Positions 24,796 through 37,942 of a DNA stretch of 64,000 nucleotides are shown piece after piece. The stretch covers positions 1,860,001 to 1,924,000 of the forward strand of contig NC_043006.1 in NCBI RefSeq assembly GCF_006345805.1, in the 5' to 3' direction. The number at the start of each line of letters is the position of its first letter. The stretch's first letter is position 1. The translations under genes were made by a program, and so were the position numbers. This DNA comes from Octopus sinensis. Taxonomy: Eukaryota. The notes below the pieces were generated by a model. The model saw only the letters and a program-made list of their open reading frames with translations. It was not told the DNA's origin and searched no databases.

Positions 24796-27061
24796 TTTCA
24801 TATTAATATTTATATGTTTAGACATGTAGCTTAGTGGTTAGGGTGTTGAACTCGTGATCATGAGGTTGTGGATTCAATTCTTGAATCAGGCAACATGTTG
24901 TCTCCATGAGCAAAGCACTTCATTTCATGTTGCTCCAATTTATTCAATTGAAATGAATAGCAGCCAAGTGCTGGTGCATCCAGCCCTCTCCTTTTTTCCT
25001 CTCATTGTTCTACTTGGTCAAAAGGTAAAGATCAAGAGAGCGTCTGTGTGTCTCCTCATACCTACATAGGTAACTTAAACAGTTAACACTTGTCTTTCTA
25101 GCATTTGTCGCTTTTAACTCACTGTTCTATGTTGTCGGTGTGACTTAAGGATGGCTGTGGGTCTTTCCCCTTCAATTTACCATGCGTAACTCTTGTTGTG
25201 TAACTCTTATTTCTCTAACATTCAATCCCTCCTTTCATCTTTATGATCCTAGCTCTGTCTCTTTCACCCATCATCATCATCATCATTTAACATCTTGTCT
25301 CCATGCTGGCATGGGTTGGACAGTTTGGCATGGAGCTGTCTGTAGTGGCATGGTTTCTATGGCTGGATGTCCTTCCTAACGCCAACCACTTAAGAGTGCA
25401 CTGGGTGCGTTTTACATGTCACCATCACAGATGCATTCACACAGCACCAGCTCAATGCATGTATATAATAAATCACTGAAGATCTGTATATACACCACAC
25501 ACTCTATCATCGCTCCTACTAAACTCCCTTGATTCTCCCTAGCCACTTGATATTGTCATTCATCATGCGTTTTTAATTAAAAAGCTACATAATTGTTTAT
25601 ACTGGGTTGATAAGTAAATTAAACTTCACACCTTATTCATTCACCTCTAAGCTCTTCCACTGCATCAAGTTAATAGCAATACTGACTTACCTGCACTGAC
25701 TGGTGATGACTATAAATTCTCCCAGCCGTAACATTCCTATTTACAAATGAAGAAATCACGGTAAAGTAGGTCTTCTGTTTACATTTTCAAGATGAGTTAT
25801 TTTTAGTGTTCTAACGAGGGATGGAAATATCTCTTCTTTGTGTGTTTTTCCTTCTTCGTCTTCTTCCTTCCTGACTGATTTAACTTCTCGTTGTCTGTAC
25901 TTTTATTAAATATGCTGTGCTATGCCAGCAAACATCACAACCCTCTGCACTTATTTGGTATTTCTTTCATTGTTACTTTGGCAAGTACATCGGAGATTAT
26001 GCTTTATTTGATGAGGTGAGAATAAGATCTGAACATGTTCCAAGTTGTCTGCAATATTTGCTGGACTAATATTGTTTTCTTTTATTTTCTTTACCCCCTC
26101 CCCCTCCATGCACGCATATTTTTTGTTAACCTTTTTAATGTCCCATGTATTAAATATGCTAAGACTAATTTACATTTTGTGATTGGTGTTTAATTTCTTC
26201 TGGTCATCATAAACCAAATTTATCAAACATTTGTATATGTGTTCAGGTCAGATTTGAACTCACAAGCCTTTACTTCATACAGGGTTCTGGTGCACAGCCA
26301 TGGATCAATAGCCCAATTGGAACCTGCAATAGAATAAACATGTGGACACTGCCAACCTGAGCATGTGTCCAACATGTTCATGTCACATGGTAAACAGGAA
26401 CAGCTGCTTAAAATGTTCAAGACAGATTTTTACTAAAATTGAACCAAAATGATGGAATGAAGGCTTGGCTGTGTGGTAAGAAGTTTGCTTCCCAACTACA
26501 TGGTTTTGGGTTCAGTCCCACTGTGTAGCACCTTGGGCAAGTGTCTTCTAGTTTAGCCTGAGGCCAGCCAAAACATTGTGAGAGGATTTGGTAGATGGGA
26601 ACTGAAAGAAGCCCATCATGTATGTGTATACATGTGTGTGTGTCAGTGTGTCCTTGCCTCGGCTTCACATGATAGTTGTAAATGAGTGTCACTGTCATAC
26701 TAGCAGTGTCCTTTATTTCCAACCTCCCATAAAAACATGTCTAGACATGGGGAAATATTATCTTCCTTACAAACAGGTAAGGGTTGGCAACAGGAAGGGC
26801 ATCTGGCTGCAGAAAATACACCTTAATAAATTCTGTGCAAGCCACATGAGCATCAAAAAGTATATACATTGAAATGATGATGATGACGACAACGATGACA
26901 ATGGCAACATTCATCTTCGTAGTCCTCATCATCTGTGTAAACAAATAGTTTTGGTAGTAAACCTGTTCCTTCACTAAAGCTGAGGCCTCTACCTTCCCCC
27001 AAAATTCTTAAGGTGAAAACAATATCATGACTTTTTTTTTCTTTTATGATTCTTTATTTAG

Positions 27062-27214
27062 GTAAACCCGATGAATTCTGATGGAAAATCCTGTAAAGAT
27101 GTGAAGTCATTGTCTGGTGGTGAACGCTCCTTCGCCACCGTTTGCTTCATCCTGGCCCTTTGGTGTGGTACTGAGTCACCTTTCCGCTGCCTTGATGAGT
27201 TTGATGTGTTCATG
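27062..27214 (+). CDS. SMC6: SMC6 internal coding exon (ABC signature and Walker B)
   Basis: tttatttag| [51 protein letters not shown] |gtaagt. 153 nt, phase 0 at both ends. [14 protein letters not shown]...[14 protein letters not shown] is characteristic of SMC6. Confidence 0.95.
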
Positions 27215-28281
27215 GTAAGTAATGTTTCCATACATTCTTTTAGTAACAATTGTGCACCACTGCTATCATTCCTCACCACCAAACTGTTAGATGGCCACAC
27301 TTTCCATCAAGTTTGTTTGTTTGATTGGTCAAGTGTCCACTCGAAGCTTTTCTGTGGCCTTGAATCACTAAATTGGTTCTAGCCTAATTGCTTTTCAGTC
27401 TTTCTAACTTGTTATCGAATACTGCCACCATCTCTATTATATAGAAATGCTGCTTACAATATACACATATATATATAATAGTTCCCATACATCAGTCATT
27501 AATACATATCATTGCTATTATGCAAAAGTGTTGTAAGTCCAAAACGTTGCTTTTTCAGTAAATGAGTAAATAGTTTCCCCATTCCATTTCTTTTTATGTT
27601 AGCAACAGTTTCAGCTGAACAATAATACTTTGTTGGGTACATAAAATCATAACTCCATGCATGTATGATGTTTTCAGTCAGAAATACTTTTGCAAAACTA
27701 TCATATGTAAAGGCTTACTACACTTTTGGAGAATACAAAACTGTTGTACTAGACTTTGATAGTTTTCATCTCTTGGCATCTGAAGCAGCTGGAGATGCAG
27801 TAGTTTGAGCAAAAGAATCGGCTATTGCAAGAAAAAGTAAATATTGAAAAAAATACATTTGGCCAAATTTGGACATACAACAGTTTAACATAATAGCAAC
27901 GATATGTAACAAGGTATCACATATATGTTACAGTGAAAAGGAAAAATTTTGATTGTTTGACACAGGAAGCCAGTTTCCAAGTTTTCCATGTTTCACCTGT
28001 TGCCAATCATCATCATCATCATCATCATCGTTTAACGTCCGCTTTCCATGCTAGCATGGGTTGGACGGTTCAACTGGGGTCTGGGAAGCCCGAAGGCTGC
28101 ACCAGGCCAGTCAGATCTGGCGGTGTTTCAGAACGAAGTAATATTCCCCAGACACACACACATGGCCAGAGTTATTTTCACAGGGGACTAGAAACAAGGA
28201 ATACCACTTGTATGACAATAACACTATTTTCCTTTTTTACCTGATGGTAATTTTTTGCATTTTGTGTTTCGTTTCCTGCAG

Positions 28282-28379
28282 GATATGGTCAACCGTCGAA
28301 TCTGTATGGACATGATGTTGCAGGTAGCGAAGGAGCAGAGAGCCCGCCAGTTTATATTTTTAACCCCTCAAGATATGAG
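28282..28379 (+). CDS. SMC6: SMC6 penultimate coding exon
   Basis: tttcctgcag| [32 protein letters not shown](AG) |gtcagt. It continues the previous exon in frame and ends in phase 2. Confidence 0.95.
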
Positions 28380-29277
28380 GTCAGTGCTCATTCAGATGTC
28401 TCCCTTTGGGAGCTGTTGTTATTGTTTAACCCTTGCTCACTCTCACTGAACAGACCCATAATCAAAGGCATTCAAACCATGATCATTACCATTATTTTTC
28501 AAGTATAATATATGGAGGCCCATGTTATCCAACGTGTCCTTCTTCTTTTCAGATGATAAGGGAAATTTGGATGCTATTTCTAGGAGCTCAAGTAATCACA
28601 TATACACATCCTCATTGGTGTATTTTTCTACCTTTAATTTAGGCTTTAGGCTATGGTCATGAGAATTAGTTCATAAATATCCTGTATTCTTGTAGCCAGG
28701 TTGACTACTGCCCAGGTGCAAATATTGGCAGTATAATTAAGATGTTAACATCACAACCACATCATTTCTCGATCAGTTCCATTGCACTGTACTTTGAGGA
28801 GGTGTCTTCAACTATAATCCCAGGCTGACCATTGTTTTGTGAAGGAATTTAGTAGAAGGAAACTGCAGGAAGCCCATCATATAAACATGTGTATGTGTAT
28901 ATGCTAGAAGAGATACCCAGCATTGCACAGGATTAAAATGGCATAGTTTTTTATTGTTTTACTTGTTTTGGTCATGTGACTGCAGCCATGCTGGAGCACT
29001 GCCTTTAGTTGAAGAAATCGACACCAGGATTTATTCTTTGTAAGCCTAGTACTTATTCTATCAGAGTGTTTTGCCAAACGGCTAAGTTATGGGGATGTAA
29101 ACACAACAACATCGGTTGTCAAGCGATGGTGGGGGTAGAAACACAGACACACATGCACACACACACATCTATATATACATATATATATATATATAAATGG
29201 TAAATCCCAAAAAGCAACAACGCAAGGACGTGGTACATGTAAAGTATTAGAAGATGCTCAGGGAAGGAAAGAAAGGT

Positions 29278-29315
29278 TGTTTTACATTTTGAGCAGACGC
29301 TCTTCTTCAGAAACA
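29278..29315 (-). ncRNA. Hammerhead motif with CpG-decayed core in ~200-nt repeat (~29196-29392)
   Basis: Minus strand reads TGTTT-CTGAAGA-A-GAGC-gtct-GCTC-AAAA-TGT-A-AAACA, with a 5-bp stem I. The two departures from GAAACGT are both CpG transitions. Confidence 0.6.
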
Positions 29316-29399
29316 GGAGACAGAGGAATGTCCAATAGAAAAGGAAGACAGGGGTAAAAAAATCACCAATGATTCACATGTTACATTTTGATATATATA

Positions 29400-29774
29400 T
29401 CATCATCATCATCATCATCGTTTAACGTCCGTTCTCCATGCTAGCATGGGTTGGACGGTTCGACTGGAGATCTGAGAAGCCAGGAGGCTGCACCAGGCTC
29501 CAGTCTTATCTGGCAATGTTTCTACAGCTGGATGCCCTTCCTAATGCCAACCACTCCGTGAGTGTAGTGGGTGCCTTTTACGTGCCACCCGCACAGGTGC
29601 CAGGCGAGGCTGGTGCCTCAACAGGTCTTTGTGTCCAAGGGAGGAAAGGCATGCATAAGTGGGCTGGGCTCACTTGTCCTGCCTGGTCTTCTCACGTACA
29701 GCATATTTCCAAAGGTCTCGGTCGCTGGTCATTTCCTCAGTGAGGCCTAAAGTTCGAAGATCGTGCTTCACCAC

Positions 29775-29778
<4 letters not shown>
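29400..29778 (-). mobile_element. RTE 3' fragment with internal deletion of most of the 3' UTR repeats
   Basis: The tail and terminal UTR are joined directly to the ORF2 C-terminal segment (YEVVKHDLRTLGLTEEMTSDRDLWKYAVREKT). Confidence 0.8.
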
Positions 29779-29831
<53 letters not shown>

Positions 29832-31887
29832 TATATATATGTGTGTGTGTATATATATATGTATGTGTATATATACATACATGTATAAGTATGTATATAT
29901 GTATATACACACACGAGCAATGCAATATCTCACATTACAATAGAGATGTTATTGTTTCACTTTTGACATGTAATACTGAAATAGTGTAAGAGAAAAGAAA
30001 CTGCTCTGGGCTCGGATTAGGCAAGAAGTTGAAAACATTTTTGGCCCATGACACTGCAAGGACCCTAAGTAAGGCATGTGTAAAATTTGAATGAAACCCG
30101 TTGGGTGGTTCTTGACTTTTAGTGATGCACTTATACAGATTGACAGACACATACACATTCTCAGTTTTATATATATAGATATTTACACGCACACACAAAC
30201 ACAGACGGAAGACCAAGAAAGAATCAGGAAGAGATGATGAAGAATTATTTCAAGATGTTTTATCTGATGAAGATGACTGAATACCATGTCAATTGGGAAT
30301 GCTTTTTTGTTGCAGAAGACCCAACCTCCTGTATAAACCTGATGCAAGCACCCCTCCCATGGATTTTTTTTTGGTACATATTCCTCCAAAGTCACCTGCT
30401 GTCCAGTCTATACCTTCCCATCCCACCACCATCAATTCTTGTCGTCACCCGCTTTGCTACCATGTGGTTTTGGGTTCGGTCCAACTGTGCAGCACTTTTT
30501 GCAAGTGTCCTTTAGATGACCGATGCCTTGTGAATGTATGTATGTATGTATGTGTGTGTGTGTGTGTTTTTGTTTTCGTCGGCACCACCACTCGACAGCT
30601 GGTGTTGGTTTGTTTACATCCATGTACGCAAAAGGAACCAATAGAAATGAGTACAAAACATAAAAAAATACTGGAGTCAAACTGTTTGACTAAAACCCTT
30701 CAGGGCAGGGCCCACAGCATTACCACAAGTAACAGAAAAGGGGAACAGGCAGAGTTGTTAGAGGGTTGCAGTGAATGCACTACAGTATTTGTTTCGATAA
30801 TTTGTGCCTGAGTTCAAATCTCTCCCAGGAGATCTTAGTTTTCATCCTTTCACAGTTGATAAAGGATGAGTTTAGGGAAACATGTATGTGTATATATGCT
30901 TATTTTTTACATCCTTTTTTTTTGTTCCAATGTATGGTTTAGATGTATATATTACTGAGGAATTGTTTTAAAGCCAGGTGCTCTTCATGTCACTAACCCT
31001 CAGCTGTTCTACAAGTTAAGGACGTCTCATTCCACATGTTTACAAAGGTGCAGAGCCAGCAAACGATTTGTTGACGGAGCAAGTGACACAAGAGTGTAAC
31101 TGCTTGTAGCTCAGGGATTTTTCAAGGAAGTCCAGATATAAGTAAACTGCCTCAAATAAATACTTGTGCAAATCCAACCTGTGCCAATATAAGAAAATAA
31201 CCATAAAGAATAAAAGAACAAATGGATGTAAAAGGAACTAGAAATCTGAATTTGTGAAGATTATTCAGCCTCAAAACATAACCTATAAAAAGTCTGCCTC
31301 TTGTAGTGAGTACTAATTTTGTCTAGTGCTTACTTGAATGGATGGTTCTATGTATGAGCATGTGTGTATGTATAAATGTATATTACATACCTTCATAATC
31401 ATGGTTCACTACACAAACCTTCCTGTGTTATTGACAGAGATCTAGGCCATGAGCTTCAGTATATAACTAGTTCATTGCCCGATGTTATTTTTAATCTGAG
31501 TTAAAAACTCCTGTCATTTCAATATTTCCTTTCATCTACTGAAAGGTAACATGTGTTTGGGGGATGTTTTTTTGTTTTCGAAAGACCCACTTCCTCTATG
31601 TTATATGGAATCAGTTTATTGTGGAAGCTTTTATGTAGATACCTGAATTAGTAAATTACAGTAATGCCTTGATATACAAGTTAATTTATTCCCAGAGACT
31701 GCTAGTAAAGCAAAAATTTATAAAGTAGAGCAATAATTTTCCATAGTTGCAATGTTATAAATTGTAATTTGTTCCCAGAAAAATATTTTACCTGTAAAAT
31801 TTATAATACTTGTAAATAAATAGCAATAAAACAACAGTAGAATGTAAAGAATATTTTATGTAAAGTAAAAAGAATGTTAAGATCATT

Positions 31888-32250
31888 TCATCATCATCAT
31901 TGTTTAACGTCCGTTTTCCGTGCTAGCACGGGTTGGACGGTTTGACTGGGGTCTGGGAAGCCAGGAGGCTGCACCAGGCTCCAGTCTCATCTGGTAGTGT
32001 TTCTACAGCTGGATGCCCTTCCTGACGCCAACCACTCCGTGAGTGTAGGGGTGCTTTTTACGTGTCACCGGCACAGGTGCCAGGGGAGGCTGGCAGCAGC
32101 CACGATCAGTTGGTGCTTTTTACGTGCCACCGGCGGCAGCCACGATCAGTTGGTGCTTTTTACGTGCCACTGGCACAGAAGCCAGTCAGGGTGGCACTGG
32201 CATTGGCCACGTTCAGATGGTGCTTTTTACGTGCCACCGGCACAGGTATC
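31888..32250 (-). mobile_element. RTE 3' UTR fragment with tandem sub-repeats
   Basis: Terminal motif plus three ggtgctttttacgtgccacyggc units. Confidence 0.8.
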
Positions 32251-32370
32251 ACAACTACAATTTCCATTTGATATTACATATTACATCCTAAAGTTAGTGG
32301 TCACTGCTTTGCTGTTTTCTGTAAGTTTGGAATTCTGTAACTTAGGTTTTCATAATGTAGGAGATGCCTG

Positions 32371-32401
<31 letters not shown>

Positions 32402-33088
32402 ATCCAGTATATGCAACTGAAGCAGTATTTAATTAAAACAGTGACCTATGTATCATAAAAAATGTATATGCACCCTGTCGATATGCCAGTTGGTGCAATA
32501 TTTGTCCTGAGACATCTCTTATGGACTTGCTGAGTTAAAAACAACAGATATCAGAGAGAGAAAGAAATGAAAATTCAATCCTGCAAAAGCACAGGATGCA
32601 TTTCAGCCATTTTGGGCCCTTTCAGAATACTGTCTTTCATATAGGTAAAACTGAATATAACATTCACTGATGTTGCAAATGCCCCCCCCCCCTCCCCGAT
32701 TTAAAATCCAGTATACACAGGTGAGGCGGTTTTTAATTGCAATAACACTTTATATCACCAACTTAATGTTTACACATTGTCAATAAGCCAGTTGCTGCAG
32801 TATTTTTTCCTGAGAAGACGTCTCTTATGCGCTTGCTGTGTTAAAAACGCAATAAATATCAGAGGGAGATGAAAATCCATTCCCTGCAGTGGCCAGCAAC
32901 AGATTTAACCAACTTCCAGTGGTGAACGACTACAGTTGAGAATCTCAAACAAATCTCTTTAATGTTAGTTACAGTCCAACCCATGCTAGCATGGAAAGCA
33001 GACGCTAAACAATGATATCTTAAGGGTGGAAAAGGATGTAAGCCACCACAACCACATTATTTCTGTGACTAGCACCAACTCTAGATAT

Positions 33089-33310
33089 CTTTCTTTATTA
33101 CCTACAAGGGGCTAAACACAGAAGGGACAAACAAGGACAGACAAATGGATTAAGTCGATTACATCGTAACTGGTACTTAATTTATCGACCCCGAAAGGAT
33201 GAAAGGCAAAGTTGACCTCGGCGGAATTTGAACTCAGAACGTAACGGCAGACGAAATACAGCTATGCATTTTGCCCGGCGTGCTAACGGTTTTGCCAGCT
33301 CAATGCCTTC
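33089..33310 (-). mobile_element. SINE family B, young copy with 16-bp TSD
   Basis: TSD CACCAACTCTAGATAT at 33073-33088 and 33311-33326. Confidence 0.85.
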
Positions 33311-34509
33311 CACCAACTCTAGATATTGTGTCTATGGAACTCAAATTGGTAAATGAACACCATCACCATCATCATCATCATCACCATCATTTAATCTGAC
33401 GACTAGAAGTAAAAGCAGGTTCACATTGTTTTTATTCCATAGTTTTTTGTTTGTTGTTCTCTCCTTCCTCTCTTTCTCTAACCCTCTCATTCTCTCTCTC
33501 TCTCTCTCTCTCACCCCCTTGCTTCTTTGATTACTGCTCTTTTATACAACATTCTCCTCTCACCGCTGCATCCTCACCCTCCACCTTTTATTATTGATCC
33601 TCCATTAAACCAACAAGGTAACCTCTACAGGGTCACGCAATCTACCAGAAATAGCAGCCAAATCCTCCTCAAATCACAGCTAAAAGTGCACATTAGATAA
33701 TGTAGTCTTAGGCACACTGTCGTGACTGGAGTGCCTTTAGCTACTGATCTACTTGATGAAGGCTGGCCTGGGGCTAAACAACAAGGACTGCCAAATTGGA
33801 GCGAGGAGCTGAACGCTTTCTTCTCTGTTTTAATTTGTCCTTACGATGGTCAGATGATGATGATGATGATGATGCTATGAACTGCATAAGAAATGCAGGT
33901 GTAAACCAGGTACATGCTTAAATATTTATAACCTGATGTTATGCTCAAACCCCTGCTTCCTCCTCCTCCTCCTCCATCCCCACAGGTTTGTTCATCTTCC
34001 AGTCCATCAGTATCACAACCCTCCCCCCCACAGCCTCTCCCCCCATCACCACTACTGTTACTACTGCAGCCACCACCACCACCAACATCTTCACACTGAG
34101 CCACTGCATGAGCCTCTGGGTGGTCACTCATTCTGCTAGAAATAGAAGCCAAATCTCCTCCAATCTCGCGCTACTGTGTTGGAAAAAAAGAAACAAGTTA
34201 GGTAATGTGGTCATGGCTGGATTGCCTTTGATTCATAAGTAGGTCTGCTTAATCACTGCCAACCCAAGACAGCAATCTTGTCTCACCTCCGCAAGAAAAT
34301 GTCAGCACATGCTCCTGCACAGATGGTATCATCTACCTGGTTTACAGGTGAGCAATTCTAGGGCATGTTGGTGACTCACCCAAACAACTAAGTGCAGTCC
34401 ATGGCTGCAGATGAGCCTCCCCCCCCCACTGTAGTGCACATTATGGCATGCAGTGTTTAGTTGCATATGGTGCAGTATTGCAGTTTTGACTTGTACTTTC
34501 TCTGTTCTC

Positions 34510-34745
34510 CATTTCTGTGTCTGGAGATTTTGGTGTTGCTGCTTGGATGCACTTCAACTTGCTCTTCTTTTTCTCCATCTTCTCTACCTTCTCCTTCTTC
34601 TTTTCCTCCTCCTCCTCCTCCTTCCTCTTCTTCTTCACCTTCACCTTTCTCTTCCACCTTATTCTTCACCTCCTTTCTTCCTCTTCTTCCCCTCTTCCTC
34701 TTCTTTCTTATCTACCTTATTCTTCACCTTTTTCTTCTTCTTTTA
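34510..34745. repeat. Pyrimidine-rich (CTT/CCT)n low-complexity tract
   Basis: Directly visible. It is the source of the poly-E/K and poly-S/F ORFs. Confidence 0.85.
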
Positions 34746-34994
34746 ACCTTTATATTCATCACAGTTATTAGACTGTGGCCATGCTGGGGCACCACCTTGA
34801 AGGATTTTGTCAAACAAATTGACCTAGTGCTTTATTCTGAGTCTGGTATTTATTCTAGCAGTCTCTTTTATTGAACCACTAAGTTACAAGGATATAAACA
34901 AACCATCGCCAGTTGTCAAGCAGTGGGGGCAACACACACACACACACACACACACACATGCACACAGATATATATATATATATATACATATATT

Positions 34995-35223
34995 GGCGGC
35001 GAGCTGGCAGAAACGTTAGCACACCGGGCGAAATGCTTAGCAGTATTGTGTCTGTCGTTGCGTTCTGAGTTCAAATTCCGCCGAGGTCGACTTTGCCTTT
35101 CATCCTTTCGGGGTCGATTAAATAAGTACCAGTTACGCACTGGGGTTGATGTAATCGACTTAATCCGTTTGTCTGTCCTTGTTTGTCCCCTCTATGTTTA
35201 GCCCCCTGTGAGCAATAAAGAAA
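34995..35223 (+). mobile_element. SINE family B inserted in the central (TA)n of an antisense SINE A (~34765-35380)
   Basis: Intact head and 3' end, with acagatatatat on both flanks. SINE A halves continue on either side. Confidence 0.85.
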
Positions 35224-36064
35224 CAGATATATATATACATATGCATACAATGAACTTCCACCATTTCCATCAACTAAATTTACTCTCAGAGCATTGGATA
35301 GGACGGCGCTATAGAAAACACTCGTCCAAGGTGCCACGCAGTGGGATGCAATTTGAAACCACATAACTGCAAAGTGGTATGATTTGAAAAAAAAAGATTT
35401 AGCTATCATTTCTAGCAGGTCATAGCTCCCTTGTTGGCACAAAAGGAAATGGTTTATTGAGTAGGTGCCTCTTTTAAATCTGTTTGTTTTTGGAACCAGG
35501 CTTTTGGAGTGGGCGGAGCAGGGTGGTGGGTAGGGTTCGGGGTGGGCGGTGCAGCTGCATCTGGTGAGTAGTGGAAGGATGTGGATGTGATGCCAGCTGT
35601 GTACGAAGCTGGGTTTATGTTTTGTAGGGGATGGAGGGTGGAAGGCCATTGGTGGTGGTGGTGGGGGTTAGGACCAGCGGTGGTGGTTGTGGGGATGAGA
35701 GGTGAGTCGTACTTTCAGTGATGGTAAAGGGCTGGTGATGGTGGTACTGCTGATTGCGGTGGTGGTGGTGGTGGTGGTGGTAAGATGAAGAGACAGTTGT
35801 GGTGGTGTTGAGTGTGGTGCAGGTTCTAGTGGTAGAAAGGTGTTTTCCAGCAGTGATAGGGATGGAAGAATTTATAAACAGAAAATGACGTCAAATAGTA
35901 GAAATGATGATGATGATGATGATTGAATTTACATACAAAGTTGAGGGCAATTGTAGTTAAGCTATTGTATGGGTATTATGCGCATATATGTGGGGCATGT
36001 GTGCTCCCATGCACTAAGGTAATGTATGCCAGAGAGCTCAGCTGCATTGGTACAGAGACATGCA

Positions 36065-36240
36065 GTGTGAATGGAGGATGCATGCCATGTTAAAAAAAGT
36101 GTTGGGAGTTGATATTAGATGGTGTCTCTGGCCAAGGGTAACCAAGGAAGACGTGGAATGAAATAGTGAGATTAGATATCCAAGTACTGGGCTTCACAGA
36201 TGAGATGGTGCAAGTCTTAGAGGAATGGAACAGTCTTGTA
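36065..36240 (+). mobile_element. Old RTE-type ORF2 C-terminal fragment
   Basis: Translates with frameshifts to RMEDACHVKKVL...KTWNEIVRLDIQVLGFTDEMV, similar to the 5037..5273 ORF. Confidence 0.5.
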
Positions 36241-36284
36241 TTGTAGATCCATCCACCTTGTGCTACAGTGGAGATAAGGACAGT

Positions 36285-37215
36285 CAACTTTGCCTTTCAT
36301 CCTTTTGGGGACGATAAATTAAGTACCAGTGAAGCACAGGGGTCGATGTGATGGACTAGGCCCCTCCCCTAAAATTTCAGGATTATTATTATTATTATTA
36401 TATAAGTTGGCAAACTGGCAGAATCGTATCACAGCAGGCGAAATGCTTAGCAGTATTTCGTCTGTCCTTATGCTCTGAGTTCAAATTCCACCGCAGTCAA
36501 CTTTGCCTTTCATCCTTTCAGGGTCAATAAATTACATACCAGTGAAACATTGGGGTCAGTGTAATCAACTATTGCCTCCCTACAAATTCCAGGCCTTGTG
36601 CCTTTAGTAGAAAAGATTATTATTGTAATGGCCTGGTGGTTAGGGTGTTGCACTCATGATTGTGAGATTGTGGTTTCAATTCCTAGACCAAGGAATTTTA
36701 TCAGTGTCGATAAAATAAGTACCAGTTGAGTACTGGGGTTAATGTAATCAACTTACCCAACTCCCCTGAAGTTTCTGGCTTTGTGCCAACATTTGAAACC
36801 GATTTAGTGGCATTTCCTCTGTCTTTACTTTCTGAGTTCAAATTCTGCTGAGGTTGACTTTAAGGTCAATAAAATAAGTACTAGGTAAACACTTGGGGTC
36901 AATGCATTCGACATATCTCTCACCTGAAATTTCTGGTGTTGTTTCAAAATTTGAAACGATTATTATTATTATTATTGTGGTGAACTCAAAGAATCTTTAG
37001 CACATCGGGCAAAATGGCTAGCTGAATGTTGTCTGTCTCTATGTTCTGAGTTCAAATGTCACCAAGATCAACTTTGCCTTTCATCCTTTAGGAGTTGATG
37101 AAATAAGTACCAGTTGAGTACTGGGGTCAAGGAAATAAGTACCAGTTGAACGCTAGAGTCAATGTAACCGACTTCCCCTTCCCTTTGAGATTGCTGGCTT
37201 TGTGTCAGAATTAAA
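36285..37215 (+). repeat. Cluster of ~5 co-oriented old SINE B copies and fragments
   Basis: Repeated ttctgagttcaaatt / ctttgcctttcatcc / aagtaccagt motifs with (TTA)n spacers. Confidence 0.7.
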
Positions 37216-37942
37216 AGGAATTATTATCATTATTCACCTTTGCCAATTCAACATAAATATCCTCTAATCAATTTCTCAATAATTTAATGTATGGTTTTAA
37301 TTAGGCCGATAACTCAGTCTTGGACCATTTTCATTTAGAACAGCAAACCTTATGAGATTCGACCAAGCCACTTCATGCCAAAACTTCTTCTGGCCTACTT
37401 CTACTTTATATATATCCACAACTACTACTTCTCAACATTTCTTCCACCTCTTCCTTGCAGTGTTATTATTTTCTTCTTGCTTTCTTTCTTTCTTTATTTA
37501 TTTATATATATTTTACCACATAAACTGGTTTAGTGGAGTACACTCATTTAGTTTGTCTTGTACTCTCAGCTCAGTGAATGGTTTTTCATCACCTTAACAA
37601 CATGTGCTGTGTGTTTGTCATGGAATTATTTTCATACAAAAGCACAAAAGGGCTTTCCTTTTTTTTTCTCTTTTTTTTTCACTAGATATAGACAACCATA
37701 CTATGCTTGATTGAGTTCTTAGAATATAAAATAAAGAACCAAATCAAATACTTGAAGGTATTTTTGTCAAACGCTTGACTGTTTCTGTTGATTCATCATA
37801 CTTAATTCGTAAGTATATGAGGCTTAGAACACCATTAAAAGGAAAATATTTATAAATAAAGGTCGGGGGTGGAAAGAGAGAAAAAGTGAGAGAAGTTAGA
37901 TAAGCAAATGGTGGAATTTTTATCTTTTGATATCTCAAAATA

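Noticed and set aside
25680-26030. Strong minus-strand donor (CAG|GTAAGT near 25690) and + strand GAG|GTGAGA near 26015 with short open frames
   Set aside because: The frames contain stops or give no recognisable protein, and there is no match to SMC6.
33850-35830. G/E/S/T-rich ORFs of 90-190 aa
   Set aside because: They derive from (GGT)n/(CCT)n low-complexity tracts and SINE sequence.
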